A stretch of 10,719 bases of DNA from Candidatus Eiseniibacteriota bacterium (GTDB taxonomy: Bacteria; Eisenbacteria; RBG-16-71-46). Location: the NCBI GenBank assembly GCA_044222065.1, contig JBGAOA010000099.1, forward strand, positions 1 through 10,719, read 5' to 3'. The position numbers were made by a program, and so were the translations under genes. Numbering within the stretch: the stretch's first letter is position 1; each line of letters opens with the position of its first letter. A model generated the notes under the pieces. That model saw only the letters and a program-made list of their open reading frames with translations, had not been told where the DNA came from and searched no databases. Shown in pieces: positions 6,805-10,719 of the stretch.

Positions 6805-7470
6805 GTGCGCCTCGGTCCCCGAATTCCGCTCGCGCTCGCGACGCTGGCCGCAGCCCTGACGATCGGCTGCGCCGCGAGTCCGCCGCCGCCCGGCGCCTCC
6901 GCGCCGCCGCCGGCCGAAGCGCAGCCTCAGACCGTTTCGTTGGCCTACGTGATCGGCGCCGCCGACTCCGTCGCCCCGATTCCGGGCACGCCCGGCGCGC
7001 TCTACCGCTATCGCTTCCGCCAGATCGAGCCCGGCAGCGACCGCTTCCAGTTCCAGGATCGCGACCTGTCCTTCTACATGCGGCCGACGCCGGGCGCGGT
7101 GCACTTGCAGGTCGAGAACCGTCAGGACCGGCCCGTGTACATCGACTGGGACCGCTCCCTGTTCTTCGACCCGCTCGGCCGCTCGGGCAAGGTCGCGCAC
7201 GCGACGACGACGTGGGACGAGCGCTTCCGATCGCTTCAGGCCACGCAGATCCCGGGTCTCCAGCGCTACAGCGACTACGTCTTCCCGATGGATTACTTCG
7301 TGGATCCGGCGGGATCGGGCGAACAGCTCCATCGTCCGCTGCTGCCCGAGGACTCGAGCGCGCCGCAATTCGCCGATCGCGACTTCGGCGTGGACCTGAT
7401 GTTCCTCATCGAAGGTCAGCCGCGCACGTACTCGTTCCGTTTCAAGGTCGCGAGCGTCATCCATCGCTGA
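6805..7470 (+). CDS. Lipoprotein of unknown function (221 aa)
   Basis: GTG start; MRLGPRIPLALATLAAALTIG-C lipobox; Pro-rich linker; then an aromatic-rich globular beta domain (VHLQVENRQDRPVYIDWDRSLFFDPLG...YSFRFKV) with a strong GC3 codon pattern. Confidence 0.8.
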   Translation: MRLGPRIPLALATLAAALTIGCAASPPPPGASAPPPAEAQPQTVSLAYVIGAADSVAPIPGTPGALYRYRFRQIEPGSDRFQFQDRDLSFYMRPTPGAVHLQVENRQDRPVYIDWDRSLFFDPLGRSGKVAHATTTWDERFRSLQATQIPGLQRYSDYVFPMDYFVDPAGSGEQLHRPLLPEDSSAPQFADRDFGVDLMFLIEGQPRTYSFRFKVASVIHR

Positions 7471-7480
7471 CCCCGGGCGC

Positions 7481-8476
7481 ATGACGCGCTCGCGCGCACC
7501 GCGCCGCCTGCTGCTCGCCGCGTGCGCGTCCGCGATCGCCGCCGCGTCCGCACCGACGTCGTCCGCGACCGCGCCGCCGTCGTCGCCGCCGCGCGTGCCG
7601 CGCTCCGAGATGCTCGCCCCGTTCGGCGCGGACGCGCCGCCGCCGCTCGTCGTCTACGGCACGCGCGACCCCGTCTGGGAAGCGGCGCTGCGCACGCGCG
7701 CGGGCGCGATCGCGCGGCGAATCTCGGGCGACTCGTCGCTCGCGCGCGCCGACCGCACGGTCGCGGCCGGCGAGTTCACGGGCCGCGCGGTCGTGCTCCT
7801 CGGCGGACCCGAGACGAACGAGTGGACGCGCACGCTCGCGCCCTCGCTGCCGGTGGCGTTCGGCGAGCGGGCGTTCACGTGGCGCGGCACGCGCTACGAC
7901 CGCCCCGGCGACGCGATCGCGCTCACGCTGCCGAACCCGATGGACCCGAAGCGCTACCTGTTCCTCGTCGCGGCGAACGCGCCTGCCGCGCTCGCGCGCC
8001 GGGGCGGACCGCTCGCGGGGCGCTCGGACTGGCGCATCACGCGCGACGGCGACCTCGCGCGCGAAGGCTCGTTCGCCGACGCGCCCGGCGCGCCGTGGCG
8101 CTACGACGCCGCGCTCGATCGCGACTTCGAAGCCGAGCGCGCGCGCTGGGAATCGGGCCTGCGCCGCTCGAGCGAGGGCGGACTCGAACTGCGCGCGCCC
8201 GCCGGGTTCGCGGCGGCCGAGGGCATCGAGGCCGACGCGCGCGCGCTGCTCGCGCGCCTCGACCGCGCCGGCTGGCGCGCGACGGCGCCCGCGCGGCTCA
8301 CGCTCTACCGCTCGCTCGAAGAAAAGGGCGTGCTCGCGCGCAACACGCGCCCGGAGCACCTCGACGACGCGGGCGGCGCGCACCTCGCGCTGCCGTTCGG
8401 TCGCGCGCACGCGGACTCTGACGCTCGCGGCGCAGCGTCTGATCGAACGGCGCGCGCCGCGACTCGCCGTGGCTGA
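7481..8476 (+). CDS. N-terminal fragment of a probably frameshifted secreted protein (GH113 fusion)
   Basis: A signal peptide and Ser/Pro linker precede a globular region (VVLLGGPETNEW...FTWRGTRY...PNPMDPKRYLFLVAAN). Codon usage fits the genome until about 8416 and then collapses (tct gac gct...tct gat cga) before TGA 8474-8476. Confidence 0.65.
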   Translation: MTRSRAPRRLLLAACASAIAAASAPTSSATAPPSSPPRVPRSEMLAPFGADAPPPLVVYGTRDPVWEAALRTRAGAIARRISGDSSLARADRTVAAGEFTGRAVVLLGGPETNEWTRTLAPSLPVAFGERAFTWRGTRYDRPGDAIALTLPNPMDPKRYLFLVAANAPAALARRGGPLAGRSDWRITRDGDLAREGSFADAPGAPWRYDAALDRDFEAERARWESGLRRSSEGGLELRAPAGFAAAEGIEADARALLARLDRAGWRATAPARLTLYRSLEEKGVLARNTRPEHLDDAGGAHLALPFGRAHADSDARGAASDRTARAATRRG

Positions 8477-8532
8477 GGCCGGCGGCCACGACGCTCGCGG
8501 GGCGCTTCGAAGGCGAGTCGTTCGCGCGCGCC

Positions 8533-9831
8533 GTGTCGCGCCTCTATTTCGGCCGCGAACTCCCGACCGCCGCGCAGGCCGCGGCGCGAGAATCGCGCTG
8601 GCGCTCCCCGTTGCGCGCGATCCCCGCGCGTGCGCTGCTCGCTCGCGCCGTCGCGGAGTGCGGGGGGCCGCGCGGCCGCGCCGCGCTCGCCGCACTGCTC
8701 TCAGCACCTGCGCCCGGAACGCTCGACAGCCTGTGCCGGGTCTCGGGCGTCGAAGCGGGGGCCGTGACGCGGCGCTACGTCGCGCTCGCCGACTCGCTCG
8801 CTCGCGCCGGCGCGCGCGAAAGCGGGCTCGCGCCCCGCGCCTGGACACCCGCCGACGGGTTCCAGCGCGGCGTGTGCCTCGCGCACGACGTGGACCTCGA
8901 GTCGGGCTACCTCTCGGCCGCGTGCGGCGCCGAGCTCGCGCGCCTGCGCGATCTCGGGGCGACGTGGGTGTCGCTCTCGCCGTTCGGCTACCTGCCCGAC
9001 CCGCAGGTCCCGGAGATCCTCCCGTCCTCGGACGGCGGCCCCGATGAAGAGACCGACGAGGCGCTGTGCGAGGCCGCGGCCCGGGCGCGCGCGCTCGGTC
9101 TGCGCGTCTGGTTCGCGCCCCATCTCTGGACGCGCGGCTGGGCGGGCGACCTCGCGTTCACGCCGTCTCGCTGGCCCCGCTTCTTCGACGCCTATCGCGA
9201 GTTCGCGCTGCACTACGCCCTGCTCGCCGAGCGCGAAGGCGTGGACGGTTTCGTGATCGGCCACGAACTCGCATCGTCCACGCGCGTCGCGCCCGAGCGC
9301 TGGCGGACGCTCATCGGCGAGATCCGGCGCGTGTACCGCGGCACGCTGACCTACGACGCGAACTGGGGCGAAGAGGTGAAATCGATCTCGTTCTGGGACG
9401 CCCTCGACCTCGTCGCCGTGTCGTTCTACTACCCGCTCGCGAAGCGCGACGACGCCGGCGAACGCGAGCGCGAGACGAGCGCGCGACGGGCGCTCGACGA
9501 ACTCGCGAGCGTCGCTCGCGCGAGCGCGAAGCCGGTGCTCGTCGCCGAGATCGGCTACCCGGCGACCGCGGGCGCGCTCGTGCGGCCGTGGGAGGAGGGC
9601 GGCGGTGCTGAGGCGCCGGAGTCGCAGCGAGCGGGCTACGAGAGTTTCGTCCGGGCGATCGAGTCGGACACCTGGCTCGCGGGCGCACTGTTCTGGAAGT
9701 GGCCCTCGCAGCCGTTCCGCGCGGGGCGACGCGAGGAGGACTTCTCGCCGCGAGGTCGTCCCGCGGAAGTGGTGCTGAGGCGTGCGCTCCGCGATTGGGA
9801 GGGAAGGCCCGTCGGGATTCCGAGGCGCTGA
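8533..9831 (+). CDS. Glycoside hydrolase family 113-like TIM barrel (clan GH-A); probably the C-terminal part of the gene starting at 7481
   Basis: The frame is open from 8443. The GH domain begins about 8860: FQRGVCLAH, LRDLGATWVSLSPFGY, ARALGLRVWFAPHLW, FFDAYREFALHYA, FVIGHEL (putative acid/base Glu), WRTLIGEIRRVYRGTLTYDANW, FWDALDLVAVSFYYPL, KPVLVAEIGY (putative nucleophile Glu), GALFWKW, FSPRGRPAE. GTG 8533 has no convincing SD or signal peptide. Confidence 0.8.
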   Translation: MSRLYFGRELPTAAQAAARESRWRSPLRAIPARALLARAVAECGGPRGRAALAALLSAPAPGTLDSLCRVSGVEAGAVTRRYVALADSLARAGARESGLAPRAWTPADGFQRGVCLAHDVDLESGYLSAACGAELARLRDLGATWVSLSPFGYLPDPQVPEILPSSDGGPDEETDEALCEAAARARALGLRVWFAPHLWTRGWAGDLAFTPSRWPRFFDAYREFALHYALLAEREGVDGFVIGHELASSTRVAPERWRTLIGEIRRVYRGTLTYDANWGEEVKSISFWDALDLVAVSFYYPLAKRDDAGERERETSARRALDELASVARASAKPVLVAEIGYPATAGALVRPWEEGGGAEAPESQRAGYESFVRAIESDTWLAGALFWKWPSQPFRAGRREEDFSPRGRPAEVVLRRALRDWEGRPVGIPRR

Positions 9832-9859
9832 GTCCCGGCCGTGTGACGAACCGGCCCAT

Positions 9860-9886
9860 GAGGTGTTTCCTGAAGGGAAACAGCTC
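9860..9886. repeat. Inverted repeat / hairpin GAG-G-TGTTTCC-TGAAG-GGAAACA-G-CTC
   Basis: TGTTTCC (9864-9870) pairs with GGAAACA (9876-9882) and extends 3 bp after one G/G mismatch. Confidence 0.7.
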
Positions 9887-9889
9887 TTC

Positions 9890-9917
9890 TGCACGATCGG
9901 ACGCGGTCGATCGTGCA
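9890..9917. repeat. Perfect 10-bp inverted repeat TGCACGATCG-N8-CGATCGTGCA
   Basis: Arms at 9890-9899 and 9908-9917 are exact reverse complements. Confidence 0.8.
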
Positions 9918-9986
9918 AGGAAGCCCGCTCTCCGCGCCCCGTTCGGGCGTGGCGCGAAAAAAATGCGTCCGCAGCCGGAAATCCAC

Positions 9987-10015
9987 TTCATGGCCCCATG
10001 CCCGGCGGTTACAAT
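9987..10015 (+). promoter_or_regulatory. Putative sigma70-type promoter TTCATG-N17-TACAAT, with an upstream A7 tract
   Basis: The -10 TACAAT (10010-10015) is a 5/6 consensus match. A weak -35 lies at 9987-9992 with 17-nt spacing. The A-tract at 9957-9963 may be an UP element. SD GGAGGA (10042-10047) precedes ATG 10052. Confidence 0.6.
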
Positions 10016-10051
10016 CCACCCGTTCCGTTTCGCCCTTCTCCGGAGGAACTC

Positions 10052-10693
10052 ATGCATCGCCGACTTGCGTCTCTTGCCGCCCTCGCATCTCTCGCGATTC
10101 TGACGACGGCCGCCTCCGCTGGTGTGGTGGACCCGTCGCAGTCCACGATCCCCTCGCACGTCAACGTCGTTGGGCACTCCGGCGGCACCCCCGATCCGAC
10201 GGCTCAGTTCAGCGTCACCGTCAAGGATCTCGCCGGAAACCTGCTGGCGAACGCGACGGTCAAGCTCGACTTCTCGCTGTGCGGCGACGTCCGCATCTCG
10301 TCCGCCGAACTGTCGGCCGGCGTGACCGCGAACTGCGGCCTGCGCACGCTCACCGCGCTCACGAATGGCGCCGGCGTGGCCACCTTCACGGTGTGCGGCG
10401 CCTCTCCGGCCGGAGCGCCGACGTCCTTCACGGGCGGCGGGCACGTGCTGCGCTTCTACGCCAACAACATCCTGCTCGGGAACTGCTACGTCGGTGACTT
10501 CGATCTCGACTCGAGCGGCGGCCTCGGCGGCGCCGATCTCGCGACGTGGCTCGACGACTTCGGCCTCGGCACGAACCCGGTGCGGACCGACTACGACGGC
10601 GACAGCGTCGTCGGCGGCGCGGACCTCGCGGCGTGGCTGGACGCCTTCGGCGGCGGCCTGCAGGGCGAGTCCGGCTCGGTGCTCTGCCCGTAG
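10052..10693 (+). CDS. Secreted protein (213 aa) with an Ig-like (Big_1/invasin-like) domain and a C-terminal dockerin-like double EF-hand repeat
   Basis: The start was moved from 9782 to ATG 10052 because of SD GGAGGA and signal peptide MHRRLASLAALASLAILTTAASA. Ig-like pattern: VDPSQSTI...FSVTVKDLAGNLLANATVKLDF...ALTNGAGVATFTV. Repeats: DLDSSGGLGGADLATWLDDFG and DYDGDSVVGGADLAAWLDAFG. Confidence 0.85.
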   Translation: MHRRLASLAALASLAILTTAASAGVVDPSQSTIPSHVNVVGHSGGTPDPTAQFSVTVKDLAGNLLANATVKLDFSLCGDVRISSAELSAGVTANCGLRTLTALTNGAGVATFTVCGASPAGAPTSFTGGGHVLRFYANNILLGNCYVGDFDLDSSGGLGGADLATWLDDFGLGTNPVRTDYDGDSVVGGADLAAWLDAFGGGLQGESGSVLCP

Positions 10694-10719
10694 TCGTTCG
10701 CGGTTTCGATCCCGGGGCG

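Larger units (their letters stand above)
7481..9831 (+). pseudogene. Single interrupted gene (~780 aa) with frameshift(s) at about 8417-8485; either a pseudogene or a sequencing error
   Basis: The two open frames overlap at 8443-8476. The signal peptide is only on the first part and the catalytic domain only on the second. Confidence 0.5.

Noticed and set aside
3073..7480. Similar post-stop sequences TGACCCCCGGGGGC (3073-3086) and TGACCCCGGGCGC (7468-7480) as a REP-like element
   Set aside because: Too short and GC-rich, with only two copies, so chance cannot be excluded.
8417..8476. Programmed ribosomal frameshift or phase-variable tract
   Set aside because: No X XXY YYZ slippery site or homopolymer run, and more than one shift appears to be needed.
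9933..9963. GC hairpin plus A7 as an intrinsic terminator
   Set aside because: The polarity is wrong on both strands: A-tract after the hairpin on +, U-tract before it on -.
9782..10051. 90-aa N-terminal extension of the last ORF
   Set aside because: It overlaps the GH gene end and the promoter region and has atypical codons. The SD and signal peptide point to ATG 10052.
1..10719. CRISPR array, tRNA/rRNA, transposase/integrase, reverse transcriptase or defence genes
   Set aside because: I found no regularly spaced repeats, RNA gene signatures or corresponding protein motifs. The repeats seen are intragenic protein repeats or isolated palindromes.

Overview
Very GC-rich (by eye >70%) bacterial window. 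All credible genes are on the + strand and nearly all encode envelope or secreted proteins. In order: a 5'-truncated MacB/FtsX-family ABC permease; an AttH/CrtC-type lipocalin-like protein; a small OB-fold lipoprotein; an ~800-aa secreted protein with Asp-rich Ca-binding repeats, Cys clusters and a T9SS type-A/FlgD-like C-terminal domain; an Ig-like (Big_5) + FN3-like lipoprotein; a lipoprotein of unknown function; a frameshifted ~780-aa secreted protein ending in a GH113-like glycoside hydrolase; and a 213-aa secreted Ig-like + dockerin-like protein. The last sits behind a 220-nt intergenic region with several inverted repeats and a sigma70-like promoter. The protein styles suggest a high-GC FCB-related lineage such as Ca. 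Eisenbacteria (inference only). I see no RNA genes, CRISPR array or mobile element. Most notable are the T9SS-like cargo and dockerin-like protein, -10 boxes embedded in inverted repeats directly before SD-less start codons, the unusual GH113 fusion with clustered indels, and the structured intergenic region. Domain calls come from motif recognition by eye, not database searches.
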